Shown: positions 1 to 10,048 of the stretch, in pieces
How positions within the stretch are numbered: the stretch's first letter is position 1
Layout: the number at the start of each line of letters is the position of its first letter
From: an uncultured Candidatus Sumerlaeota bacterium
GTDB taxonomy: Bacteria; CAYMEV01
DNA length: 64,000 nt
NCBI GenBank assembly: GCA_964389675.1
Contig: CAYMEV010000001.1
Location: 220,539-284,538 of the forward strand
Direction: 5' to 3'
Notes under the pieces: generated by a model
What the model was told of the DNA's origin: nothing
The model's input: only the letters and a program-made list of their open reading frames with translations
The model's database searches: none
Program-made: the position numbers and the translations under genes

Positions 1-2062
1 GGACAGCATACAGGCAATATCCTTCAACACGCTTCAGAATACGCTTCCGGTATCTGATGATCTTGCCGGCTTTATTTACAGCAAATCAGGGGGCAACCCA
101 TTTTTCACCGAGCAGATCCTTCTTGATATGAATGAAAGGAATGTCCTGGCTGTATCACAGGGTTGCCTGGATATCAAAAGCACCGGCCTTACATCTGTCC
201 CATCGAATATAAGGTCCATAATAATATCCAGACTGGACCGCCTTTCAGGAGAAATAAAGGAATTTATTCAGACAGCTTCGGTACTCGGCAAGGAATTCTT
301 CATAAATATACTTGAAAATATGATGGGCAGAAGTGATGCCCTTCTGATTGCTGAAAATATTGAAAATGAGAATATCTGGACAATAATGAACAGCATAAGA
401 TGTATATTCCGGCATGCCCTGCTGAGGGACTGCGCCTATGAGATGCAGCTTGAGAACAGGCTGAAGGAGATACACCTGCTCGCAGCTGAAAGCTATCAGA
501 AGGTCTTCTCAGAATTCAGGGATGAATATTACGGAGATATGGCATATCATTATGAAAAAGCAGGAAATAATGAGAAGGCGGCTGTGTATTATGAACTTGC
601 AGGAAATCGGGCATCTGAAGCCAACAATACAGCACAGGCGTATAATTACCTTGAAAAGGCCCTTTACTATATGAGGCTTACAGGCACAGACAAAAGCAGA
701 CAGGACAAAATACTGCTTGAAATCCTTAATATTGAAAAGCTTACCGGAAACTGGGCTAAAGCGCTGGAGGGGTTCCTCAAACTTGCAGGGACATCAGCCA
801 AAAACCATTATTATGATATTAATGCTGTTTCAAACCTGAGAACAGGTCAGATCTACAATGATATGGGAGAATATGAAAAATCAGAAAAATATCTGAAAAA
901 AGCCCTGAAAACCTCTGAAGCAAATAACATGGACCATCTAATGGGGCTTTCACTGGGTAACCTGGGAATATTATACAAGAACATGGGCATGTATGATAAA
1001 TCAATGGAATGCTATGAAAAAAAGATAAAAATAATGAAGAAATTGAGATCCTTTAATAATGTACACTCAACCAGAGCAAATATGGGTGTGGTGCATGAGA
1101 TCAGGGGGGACATCACCGGGGCACTTGAGCTTTATAAGAAGAGCTATGCCTATTTCAGGAGAAAAAAGGAGATTTCAATTCTGCCCAATATCCTTGTCCT
1201 CCTGGGACATGCATTATTAAGCACAGGCAATATTGACCTGGCGGAAAAATACCTGAAAGAACAGCTTAGAATATCCAGAAAGATCGGTGATAAACGCCTC
1301 ATAGCCAGTGCTATAGGCAGCATTGGCATTGTTTATTCAAAAAAATTCGACTTAAAGAGGGAGATGGAATGCTATACAGAATCATATAAGATATTCAGAG
1401 AGCTGGGAGATAAAAAGAATACCGTGATCTCACTGGTTAATATGGGAGAGATCTATTGTGATATGATGGAGCTTGATAAATCCCTGGCCTATTACAGCAA
1501 AGCCTTGAAGATTACAGACAGGCATAGTTACAGGCGCCTGGGATCCAAAGTAATCACGTCCATAGGGCATGTTTACTGCAAAAAGGGGGAGAATGAAAAA
1601 GGCATCGAATATTTTAAGCAGTCCATGAAGACTGCCAGGGACCTGGGACTGAAACTGGACCTGGTTGAAACTCTTTATAACATATCAAAAAATTATTATC
1701 TTATAAAAAATCTGAGCCAGGCTGAAAATTACATTAAGAAGTGCCTTAATGAAGCCCAGAAGCTTGATAACAATGAGTATGTTCTTGATTCCTGCATATT
1801 AAAAGAGAAAATAAACTTCCAAAAAAGCCCTGATGCCGGTAACAGGATGGAAGCTGTCTCCAGGCTGGAAAACCTGGTCAGGAAACTGCAGGGAAAGGAT
1901 AAAATCGCTATGGGACTGTATGACCTTATCCTTATGAAAAAGACAATGAACATCAGTTTCAAAAAGGAGAAAAAGAAAGCACTGGCTGTCCTTAAGGAAC
2001 TTCATTGCCTTACAGGCAACAGGGAATACCGGCACTATATTGATCTGGTTGAGAATCTGTAG
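1..2062 (+). CDS. STAND-type ATPase (C-terminal part) with TPR repeats; 5'-truncated by window edge
   Basis: Frame is open from base 2 (…SKSGGNPFFTEQIL…, GxP motif of STAND ATPases), then RLDRL…ASVLG…FRHALLRDCAY, then many TPR repeats. Confidence 0.8.
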   Translation, partial: DSIQAISFNTLQNTLPVSDDLAGFIYSKSGGNPFFTEQILLDMNERNVLAVSQGCLDIKSTGLTSVPSNIRSIIISRLDRLSGEIKEFIQTASVLGKEFFINILENMMGRSDALLIAENIENENIWTIMNSIRCIFRHALLRDCAYEMQLENRLKEIHLLAAESYQKVFSEFRDEYYGDMAYHYEKAGNNEKAAVYYELAGNRASEANNTAQAYNYLEKALYYMRLTGTDKSRQDKILLEILNIEKLTGNWAKALEGFLKLAGTSAKNHYYDINAVSNLRTGQIYNDMGEYEKSEKYLKKALKTSEANNMDHLMGLSLGNLGILYKNMGMYDKSMECYEKKIKIMKKLRSFNNVHSTRANMGVVHEIRGDITGALELYKKSYAYFRRKKEISILPNILVLLGHALLSTGNIDLAEKYLKEQLRISRKIGDKRLIASAIGSIGIVYSKKFDLKREMECYTESYKIFRELGDKKNTVISLVNMGEIYCDMMELDKSLAYYSKALKITDRHSYRRLGSKVITSIGHVYCKKGENEKGIEYFKQSMKTARDLGLKLDLVETLYNISKNYYLIKNLSQAENYIKKCLNEAQKLDNNEYVLDSCILKEKINFQKSPDAGNRMEAVSRLENLVRKLQGKDKIAMGLYDLILMKKTMNISFKKEKKKALAVLKELHCLTGNREYRHYIDLVENL

Positions 2063-2224
2063 GAATTCTACAGGCTTCCTTTTTCTGATGCCTGAAGAGC
2101 ATTGATGTCAGGCCTGTTTATTAACCTTTTGAAGGTTTCCGCATGACAAATAACATTGACAATATGCGTTTTCATTTTAATATTTTCCCTTAGCTTTAGT
2201 TTTTGCCTACAAAAGCAGGTTTAT

Positions 2225-3778
2225 ATGCATATCTTACAGTTCAGGAAAAAGGGACAGGCAGCCGGTCAAAATTATTCATCTCACAGGGGTTATATCCTGT
2301 TTTTTACATCAGCAGCAATAATATCCGCACTGCTTGTAATCATTTCCACCAGCCTCTATGGCGCTGGGATTACATATGATTCAACGATCTATATTGCCCT
2401 TGCGGAAAATTTTAATTCAGGACAGAGCATAATTAGATCCGATTATGTAGCCCAGCCCCCATTATACCCTGTTATACTTGGATTATGCGGTTCAAACCCT
2501 CAAAGGTCAGCGCATATTATAAATGCATTTGCCCTTGGGCTGACGGTATTTTTGTCAGGAATCCTCCTCTTAAGGATGATAGGGCCGGGGCTGCTCAATG
2601 TAGCAGGCATACTCGTAATTATAACTGCAGGGCATCTTGTCTTCGTATCGGTAATGGTATGGACTGAGATTATCTTTATCTGGCTGACCGTGCTTTTTTT
2701 ACTCCTCATTCATGTCTATATCAAGAAAGGGGGCATCCCTGCTCTGGTTCTCATGTCAGTTTGTGCCGTTCTTGCCTCCTATACAAGGTATATTGGAATA
2801 ACTACCGTAATTTCGGGCATTTTTATCATTCTTCTGATATCCAGGAACAGCTTGAGAAAACGAATATTTCATTCCCTGCTTTTCTTTATTTTATCAGGCA
2901 CTCCTTACTTTGCATGGATCTACAGGAATTTCATTGTGTCCGGCAATTACTTCGGCCCGCGCCTGCCTTCAAAATACTCATTTATTAAGAATACAGAACA
3001 GGCCATAAAGATATTCTTCTCCTGGTTTCTGAAAGAAAAGAGCCTGCAGAGCTGGTTTGTCTATATAAGCCTTTATCTGATGCTTGGTCTTATATTCATC
3101 CTTATCCTGGCATACATGGCAAGAGCCGCTTCAAAAGAGAGGCTCAGCTTTATTTCAGCAAATGCCGGCTCTCTGATTATTTTCAGCACTGTATACCTTT
3201 CTTTCCTTTTAATATCTTCAACCGCCATATCCTATGATAAGATTGATGCAAGGCTTCTTTCACCCATCTTCATCCCTGCAGTCCTGATACTGGTCTTTTT
3301 TGCAAAGCTGTATAAAGACCTGCTGGAAAAACGGGTATCAAAAAGGCTGGTCAATTTTCTGCTTATTATATTTACCCTGGTGATCCTCCTGCCCTCCATA
3401 AACACAAAGATTGAAAATACTGCAGCAAGGATCAGGGAAGGTGCCGGCGGATACAGCACAAATACATGGAGAAAGAGCGAGACAATAATATTCCTGCAGA
3501 GCAATGAACTTGAAAAAGGGTATATTATATACAGCAATGTTCCGGATGCTCTGTATATCCTTGCAGATATAAGGGGCAAGACAAGCCCTCTTAAAAAAAT
3601 CCCTGCTTCAGGTGATATAGTATCCTGGCCTGATTCAGACCGTGCTTATCTTGTCTGGCTTAAAGACAGGCGGCTTGATACCCTGCTTGATATTCATGAG
3701 CTGAAGGGTATGGCCGACCTTGAGCTTTACAGGCAGTTTTCCGACGGGGCAATATATACTGTCTCAAAAAGATACTGA
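2225..3778 (+). CDS. Polytopic membrane glycosyltransferase, GT-C/ArnT-PMT-like
   Basis: About 11-12 TM segments; DSTIY, QPPLYP, TE and TRYIG motifs; ATG 2225 preferred over TTG 2156. Confidence 0.65.
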   Translation: MHILQFRKKGQAAGQNYSSHRGYILFFTSAAIISALLVIISTSLYGAGITYDSTIYIALAENFNSGQSIIRSDYVAQPPLYPVILGLCGSNPQRSAHIINAFALGLTVFLSGILLLRMIGPGLLNVAGILVIITAGHLVFVSVMVWTEIIFIWLTVLFLLLIHVYIKKGGIPALVLMSVCAVLASYTRYIGITTVISGIFIILLISRNSLRKRIFHSLLFFILSGTPYFAWIYRNFIVSGNYFGPRLPSKYSFIKNTEQAIKIFFSWFLKEKSLQSWFVYISLYLMLGLIFILILAYMARAASKERLSFISANAGSLIIFSTVYLSFLLISSTAISYDKIDARLLSPIFIPAVLILVFFAKLYKDLLEKRVSKRLVNFLLIIFTLVILLPSINTKIENTAARIREGAGGYSTNTWRKSETIIFLQSNELEKGYIIYSNVPDALYILADIRGKTSPLKKIPASGDIVSWPDSDRAYLVWLKDRRLDTLLDIHELKGMADLELYRQFSDGAIYTVSKRY

Positions 3779-3814
3779 AAACCCTGGCCTGATGCATTCT
3801 GCCGGAGAAAGGCC

Positions 3815-4108
3815 TTAATCCTTGCCTGAGGTTTTTCTGATAATTGATATTCCTCCGAAACCGCCTATAACCGCTATATAAAATCCTAAGTCATACCACC
3901 ACCCGGTATTATGTGTCTCATAGATCCTTATTTCATCGTTAAAGAAACCGACGATCAGGCTGACAGGGGCTATCCATCCATGCCATATACCCCAGAAGAA
4001 TCCGGCCTTCTTCTGCGCATTGTTCTGGTCCTGGCGCGGCATGCAGGCAGTAAAAGATAGGATAACCACCAGAAGCAGAAGGGTGATAACAGTAATTTTC
4101 CTGTTCAC
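3815..4108 (-). CDS. Small conserved hypothetical membrane protein/lipoprotein
   Basis: GTG start after GGAGG RBS; lipobox-like FTAC; GFFWGIWHGW and WWYDLGF hydrophobic segments. Confidence 0.7.
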   Translation of the reverse strand: MNRKITVITLLLLVVILSFTACMPRQDQNNAQKKAGFFWGIWHGWIAPVSLIVGFFNDEIRIYETHNTGWWYDLGFYIAVIGGFGGISIIRKTSGKD

Positions 4109-4189
4109 AGTAATATCCTCCTTATTGATCTATATGAAAATTATAGTATTCTTTAATCCATAGTTTTTCAGGGCCAGCCATGCTGATCT

Positions 4190-5446
4190 TTATTCCTGAA
4201 GCTCCTGAACATCATCAAGCCTTTTCTCGATCGCCCTGCTTGCCCTGCCTGCATGGCTTATTGCACTGCTTGCCTCATTGAGCTTTTTCTGTGTTTTTTC
4301 AAGCAGGTCACCAAACCTGTTAAATTCCTTCTTTACACTGCTCAGGAGTTCCCATACCTCGCCTGACCTCTTTTCAAGGGCCAGTGTGCGAAAGCCGATC
4401 TGCATGCTGTTCAGGAAAGCAGCAAGAGTAGTAGGGCCTGTTATTATCACTTTATACTGCCTCTGCAAATGCTCAAAAAGCCCGTCAATCCTTAATACCT
4501 CTGCATATAACCCCTCAAAAGGGAGAAACATAACAGCAAAGTCCGTTGTATTCGGAGGGTCGATATATTTTTCTGATATATCCTTTGCAAATTTCTTAAT
4601 ACGGGTTTCCAGGTTCTTCCTGTTTGCTGCAATACCCACAGGGTCTCCATTTTCATATGCCTCAACAAGCAGATAGTAGTCATCTGTTGGGAGCTTGGCA
4701 TCAATGGGGAGATAGATTATCTTCTTGTCATCATTTTTTGAAGGAATTTTTACGGCATATTCAACCCTGCAGTCGCTGCCCTCCTTTGTTGCAATATTAT
4801 AGGCGTATTGTGAGCCGGGAAGCACATATTCAAGTATGTTTGACAGCTGGTATTCACCCAGTATCCCCTTTGTCTTAACATTGGTAAGGACCTTTTTCAG
4901 GTCCCCCACACCGCTGGCAAGGTTCTGCATCTCGCCCAGGCCTTTCTGAACCTGCTCCAGCCTGTCGCCGACGATCTGAAAAGAGCTTGCAAGCCTGGTT
5001 TCTAATGTATCCTGAAGCTTTTCCTCGACTATTTTTCTCATCTTTTCAAGCTCCTCAGCATTGCCCTCCATCATATCCCTGATCTGCTGATCAGTAGTTG
5101 TCCTGAGGCTTTCCAGCTGTTTTGCAAATATCTCAAACTGGCTTTTCTGCATACCGTAGGCATCAACAATCCTTTTTGAGATACTGCTTTCAAAATTGAA
5201 TATGGAATTCAGCAGTTCTGTCCTGTCCTGGCGGGAATTGATATTTTCTTCTTCCCTGCTGGCCCTGAATTCATTCCTTAATACTGATTCAAATTCCTGC
5301 CTGTTTCTTTCAAGCTCAGAAAGCATCCTCTGGTTTTCCTTTTTCTGCCACAGCATGCTCCTGACAGCATTATAAATAAGATAGGCTATTGCAAGCGTGA
5401 ATAATAAGGAGATGCCATTAAGCATCAGATTTGAATTATTGATCAC
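4190..5446 (-). CDS. rmuC: DNA recombination protein RmuC
   Basis: N-terminal TM and coiled coil; KGILGE, IDAKLP, TTDFAVMFLPFEGLY and GPTTL motifs. Confidence 0.93.
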   Translation of the reverse strand: MINNSNLMLNGISLLFTLAIAYLIYNAVRSMLWQKKENQRMLSELERNRQEFESVLRNEFRASREEENINSRQDRTELLNSIFNFESSISKRIVDAYGMQKSQFEIFAKQLESLRTTTDQQIRDMMEGNAEELEKMRKIVEEKLQDTLETRLASSFQIVGDRLEQVQKGLGEMQNLASGVGDLKKVLTNVKTKGILGEYQLSNILEYVLPGSQYAYNIATKEGSDCRVEYAVKIPSKNDDKKIIYLPIDAKLPTDDYYLLVEAYENGDPVGIAANRKNLETRIKKFAKDISEKYIDPPNTTDFAVMFLPFEGLYAEVLRIDGLFEHLQRQYKVIITGPTTLAAFLNSMQIGFRTLALEKRSGEVWELLSSVKKEFNRFGDLLEKTQKKLNEASSAISHAGRASRAIEKRLDDVQELQE

Positions 5447-5464
5447 TTCATTTTCCCTTTAATG

Positions 5465-6199
5465 CTAATTTATCCATTTCTTTTTCACATTTCTTATGCT
5501 GAAGCCAAAAAGCGTCAGGCTGAAAAGGGCAAGCATAGAAAAGCCCATCAGAGGGTTCAGTATCCCATTATTATTTATGGATGTTTTAAGTATATCAGCC
5601 CCATATGTAAGTGGAAGCGCATATGAGAGCGGCCTTAAAAAGACAGGAAGCTCCCCCAGTGGAATGAACAGTCCGCATAAAAAGACCATGGGGAAACGGA
5701 AGAAATTGGAAAAGGTCTGAGCCTCAAATACTTCACTTACTGATACAGCAATAAACAGGCCGAAGAATGCTGAAGTCAATGCAATAAAAAATATGCTGAA
5801 AAACAGTGCCACCCAGTCAGTACCGGAGAGGGAGACCCATATAAGCGAGAATAATACAGGGACAAAAGCGTTGATAATGCCAAAAGCCACAGCTCCTGAT
5901 GTTTTTGCTATCATCAGGAGGTTAAGGTTAAGGGGTGAAAGGAGAAGCCTCTCAAATGACCTTCCCTTCCTCTCAAAAGTAACTGTGACCGCAAGCATTG
6001 ATGTCGTTCCGAAAAGTATTGACATTGCGATTATACCCGGAAGTATTGACTTGACATCAAAATTGCTCCTTGATTTCAGGAAAAACATCAGAGTCCATGC
6101 AAATGGAAAAAGGATGCCCCAGCTTATATTAGGAGGCTTCAGATAGTAATTCCTCATATCCTTTTTCAATATGCTCCAGAAAGCTGTCATTGACCTCAT
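5465..6199 (-). CDS. ABC-2 type exporter permease
   Basis: Six TMs, FER…LLLSP and PLTY motifs; overlaps ATPase gene by 4 nt. Confidence 0.88.
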   Translation of the reverse strand: MRSMTAFWSILKKDMRNYYLKPPNISWGILFPFAWTLMFFLKSRSNFDVKSILPGIIAMSILFGTTSMLAVTVTFERKGRSFERLLLSPLNLNLLMIAKTSGAVAFGIINAFVPVLFSLIWVSLSGTDWVALFFSIFFIALTSAFFGLFIAVSVSEVFEAQTFSNFFRFPMVFLCGLFIPLGELPVFLRPLSYALPLTYGADILKTSINNNGILNPLMGFSMLALFSLTLFGFSIRNVKKKWIN

Positions 6200-7164
6200 C
6201 TTCCCTTCCTTCCCTCCTTTTCCCTTTTCATTTTATCAAGCCCTATTCCTGTGACGCTTACAAAAACATCCAGAAGAGAAGGTTTTATTATTCTGGCCTC
6301 CAGCACTGCTATCCCATTCTCCTCAAAAAACCGGATAAACGGGAGAAGCTCTATCATATCCTTTGAATGTATGTTTATGGACCTGCTGTCGATATATTCT
6401 ATTCTATATCTGCTGAACACTTCACTGAATGGACGCTTGACCGGATTTATATCCTTATCGGTATTAAACTGCATGACATTGTCACCCTGAATGGCAGTCA
6501 TAAGCTCATCAAGCGTGCCAGTTCTGACTATCCTGCCCTGCACGATAAAACATATCCTGTCACACAGCCTTTCTGCTTCCTCTATATAGTGGGTCGTGAG
6601 GAATATTGTGGTACCATCCCTGTTCATCTGCTTTATAAGGCCCCTGATATGCCTTGCGCTTTCTATATCTATCCCTGTTGTAGGTTCATCAAGGAAAAGG
6701 ATCTCCGGTTCATGTATGATACCTGCAGCAATGGTCAGCTTTCTTTTCATACCCTTTGAATATTGCCTAAACAGCCTGCCTGCAACATCCAGAAGGCCGA
6801 ATTCACCGAGCAGCTCCTTTGCCCTCCTTTCCCTTTTAACCCTGCCTATGCCATAGAGGGAAGCACAGAAAGTAAGGTTGTCAAACCCTGAAAGCTCATC
6901 ATAAAGGTTGCTTTCATCGGGTACTATACCAATAACTGCCTGGGCTTTCTTAATATTTCTTATGCCATCTATCCCGTGAATGGTAAAATTCCCACCAGAA
7001 GGCCTGGTCAGGCCGGTCAGCATATTTATGGTTGTTGTCTTTCCTGCTCCGTTCGGCCCTAAAAAACCATAGATCTCCCCCTTCCTCACATCAAAGTTGA
7101 TCCTGTCAACAGCATCACAGTCGCCAAAAGACTTGCTAAGGCCCCTGACCTCAATAATATTCAT
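6196..7164 (-). CDS. ABC exporter ATP-binding protein
   Basis: Walker A GPNGAGKTT, signature YSKGM, Walker B FLDEPT. Confidence 0.93.
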   Translation of the reverse strand: MNIIEVRGLSKSFGDCDAVDRINFDVRKGEIYGFLGPNGAGKTTTINMLTGLTRPSGGNFTIHGIDGIRNIKKAQAVIGIVPDESNLYDELSGFDNLTFCASLYGIGRVKRERRAKELLGEFGLLDVAGRLFRQYSKGMKRKLTIAAGIIHEPEILFLDEPTTGIDIESARHIRGLIKQMNRDGTTIFLTTHYIEEAERLCDRICFIVQGRIVRTGTLDELMTAIQGDNVMQFNTDKDINPVKRPFSEVFSRYRIEYIDSRSINIHSKDMIELLPFIRFFEENGIAVLEARIIKPSLLDVFVSVTGIGLDKMKREKEGRKGR

Positions 7165-7197
7165 GGAATAATTCTCCCGGTTCTTTCACTTATATTC

Positions 7198-7473
7198 TTA
7201 TCTGCCGGTTTTTTCCAGCAGGCCGGTTAATCCTTCTATTGCCTTTCTGAAGCTTTCCGGCTCAACTTCATAATGTATGAAATATCCGATCTTTTCTCCC
7301 TTAAGCAGGTTTGCTTCCTTGAGTATCTTGATATGCTGCGATATGCATGCCTCTGTCAGGTGAAGCTTTCTCGCTATTGATTTGACACAATACCTGTCCT
7401 CAAGCAGGAGGGCGATAATATTGAATCGCGTCTTATCAGACAGAGCTTTCAATATCTTTAATAATTCAGTCAT
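7198..7473 (-). CDS. ArsR/SmtB family regulator
   Basis: ALSDKTR…ISQHIKILKEANL winged-helix pattern; heads the operon. Confidence 0.9.
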   Translation of the reverse strand: MTELLKILKALSDKTRFNIIALLLEDRYCVKSIARKLHLTEACISQHIKILKEANLLKGEKIGYFIHYEVEPESFRKAIEGLTGLLEKTGR

Positions 7474-7504
7474 TTATAATCCCTCCCGGTTTATTTCATA
7501 AATC

Positions 7505-7533
7505 AGTTAAACATGTACTTAATCAAATGTCAA
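7505..7533 (-). promoter_or_regulatory. Putative sigma70 promoter of the arsR-ABC operon
   Basis: Minus strand TTGACA-N17-TTAACT, 32 nt upstream of the ATG. Confidence 0.55.
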
Positions 7534-7659
7534 TCATTTTATCCATAAAACGGCTCAGTAACGCTAAAAGGCCTTAATTGACCCTTCTATTTTTTTCTTT
7601 GCTGGATGAAATATGCTGTTAAACTGGATTTTCTTATTAAATAAGTATCTGGGTAAATA

Positions 7660-8544
7660 ATGGATAGAAAACAGGTGTCAGCTGACACAGCCCTGCTGTT
7701 AATTACTGTAATATGGGGCTTTACTTTTGTTCTGGTCAAGGATGCCCTCCTGGACATAAGAGCCTTTAATTTCATATTCCTGCGCTTCGGCATAGCCTTT
7801 ATTTCGAGCCTTGCTGTTTTTTTCAGGAGATTTGCAAAGAACATGAACCTGAAAACCCTGATATATGGATCTATCATAGGCATTGTCCTTTTTTTTGCCT
7901 ATTCCTTCCAGACCATTGGCCTTGTCTATACATCTCCATCCAATTCAGGCTTTATAACAGGCCTTTATGTCGTACTTGTGCCTCTTTTTGCAGGCTTTTT
8001 ATTCAGGCAGAAAATCAGGAGGGAAAGCATAATCGGTGTTATACTTGCCACTCTGGGCCTTGTCCTTATAAGCTGGAACCCGGGGCTTGAACTGAACAGG
8101 GGCGATGTCCTTACGTTTTTTTGTGCAATAGCCTTTGCGTTCCACATTCTGACAATAGACATGTACACAAAGAAAGTGGACTCAGTATGCCTGGCCATCA
8201 CACAGATAGGCATTGTGTCATTAACAGCCATGGCAGCATCCTTTATATGTGAAGAGGCCGTAATCCCGGAGCTTAAGCTTTCAGTGGTCTGGACAGCACT
8301 TCTGATAACAGGGATCTTTGCTACCACATTTGCATATATTGTCCAGAATGTTGCTCAGAAATTTACATCTCCCACGCATACGGCACTGATCTATACAGCA
8401 GAACCGGTTTTTGCAGGCCTTGCCACTGTCATGCTCACAGATGAGATCTTTACCGCACGTGCTGTGGCTGGAAGCATCCTTATTCTTTTCGGCATGATAA
8501 TAAGTGAGATCAGGCTTAAAAAACTGCCTGAATTCATCAAATAA
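7660..8544 (+). CDS. DMT/EamA family transporter
   Basis: Ten TMs; IWGFTF and EPVFA motifs. Confidence 0.9.
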   Translation: MDRKQVSADTALLLITVIWGFTFVLVKDALLDIRAFNFIFLRFGIAFISSLAVFFRRFAKNMNLKTLIYGSIIGIVLFFAYSFQTIGLVYTSPSNSGFITGLYVVLVPLFAGFLFRQKIRRESIIGVILATLGLVLISWNPGLELNRGDVLTFFCAIAFAFHILTIDMYTKKVDSVCLAITQIGIVSLTAMAASFICEEAVIPELKLSVVWTALLITGIFATTFAYIVQNVAQKFTSPTHTALIYTAEPVFAGLATVMLTDEIFTARAVAGSILILFGMIISEIRLKKLPEFIK

Positions 8545-8706
8545 AATATGCAAATGATAATAATTTTAATTTTTTTCTGAATAATGTTAATTATTTTCTT
8601 GCATATATTAAAATACATGGTATATATGCATAATTCTCAGCATAAAATTTATTATGCAGGGGATAAATAACATATTAATAGTTATTAGTTTAACTAAGGA
8701 GAATTT

Positions 8707-8988
8707 ATGTCAATCCAAATTTATGTCGGTAATCTTCCTTATTCAGTAACGGAAGATTCACTGAAAACAGCTTTTGAGGCGCATGGTGCAGTTGAATCAG
8801 CTAAGATCATTACAGACAAATACACCGGCAGGTCAAAAGGATTCGGTTTTGTTGAAATGGCTTCAAAAGAAGAAGCAGACAAGGCAATAGAAAATCTTAA
8901 CGATTCTCTAATTGACGAAAGGAAGATCAAGGTCAGCATTGCAAGACCCAGAGAAAATAGGGAAAGAAGGGATAACTACTCTAGATAA
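8707..8988 (+). CDS. RRM RNA-binding protein
   Basis: RNP2 IYVGNL, RNP1 KGFGFVEM; AAGGAG RBS. Confidence 0.95.
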   Translation: MSIQIYVGNLPYSVTEDSLKTAFEAHGAVESAKIITDKYTGRSKGFGFVEMASKEEADKAIENLNDSLIDERKIKVSIARPRENRERRDNYSR

Positions 8989-9018
8989 CAACTGTTTTCC
9001 AATAGATGAACTTCCAGT

Positions 9019-9048
9019 AAAAGGATGCCTTCGGGCATCCTTTTTTTT
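9019..9048 (+). terminator. Intrinsic terminator, probably bidirectional
   Basis: AAAAGGATGCC-TTCG-GGCATCC-T8 between convergent genes. Confidence 0.92.
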
Positions 9049-9154
9049 CTTTTAAATTTTTCCTTCTGCCCGCTTATTGATCAGAAAGATCCAAACCACC
9101 CATATCATATCTCAATTTTCAGGAGTTTAAACCGGAAAGATACTATCGGGAATA

Positions 9155-10033
9155 TCAGTTTTTCTCTGCTGTTCCTTTATCAATGGCTTTTATCAGAAGG
9201 TTTACAAAAGCCCTTCCGCCTTCCCTGTTCAGGTGATCCTGGTCTGCAAAATACTCATCATTATCAATAAATACCCGTGTAAAATCAAGCACCTTCAGAT
9301 CATGCTCCCTGAATATGATATCTGCACCGAAGTCTCTGTCTCCTATAATATCAAGGTATACACTGCTTAAGGGGTATTTGATCCCGATAAGCTCTATATT
9401 ATTCTCTGAACAGATTTTTATAATATCCTTTAAGGCCTCTTTCAACGCTCCTGATGCATTATCGTAGCCGAACTGCAGATCCAGCCTCTTCAGGGATTCT
9501 GATCTTTTCTCTTCGGGCGTCATCCCTGACCAGCTTTTTACCCCTGGCCTTTTTGAAGAAAGCTTTGATTCAAGATAGACCTTTATGACGTCCCGCCCCT
9601 TGGGATTGAAGACTACGAAGTATTTTACAATGATCTTTTCCTTTAAATACCGGTAGAAGCTCGAATAATCACTTAAGGACATGAACCTGTTCGAACGGTC
9701 AAGATTATTAAGTTCATCCCTGTATGGAGAAAGAGTTGTTTTATCAACTGTCAGGTAGATGGTCCGCACCCTGGTTTTTCTCAGGAGGAATTTAACCTTT
9801 CTGAGCATATCATGGTATGAATCTGTTGTATCTGAGAAATTATATATTTTATGCTTCAGGGTAAACTCAGACAATGCAGCACCATGGCTATCCGCAATGA
9901 GATAGGACGAATAGCCTGCATCGAAACTGCCGTAATCCTTATAATAATACTCATTGACTATAAAATAGAAGAATATGTTCACAATACTGATTATCAGCGA
10001 AAATATAAGGAGCCTTATTAAAAATTTTTTCAT
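9155..10033 (-). CDS. SGNH-like extracytoplasmic partner of the MBOAT (AlgJ/DltD-like)
   Basis: N-terminal anchor; ADSHG and DQDHLN motifs; directly downstream of the MBOAT. Confidence 0.7.
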   Translation of the reverse strand: MKKFLIRLLIFSLIISIVNIFFYFIVNEYYYKDYGSFDAGYSSYLIADSHGAALSEFTLKHKIYNFSDTTDSYHDMLRKVKFLLRKTRVRTIYLTVDKTTLSPYRDELNNLDRSNRFMSLSDYSSFYRYLKEKIIVKYFVVFNPKGRDVIKVYLESKLSSKRPGVKSWSGMTPEEKRSESLKRLDLQFGYDNASGALKEALKDIIKICSENNIELIGIKYPLSSVYLDIIGDRDFGADIIFREHDLKVLDFTRVFIDNDEYFADQDHLNREGGRAFVNLLIKAIDKGTAEKN

Positions 10034-10048
10034 ATGCTGTATGTTTTC

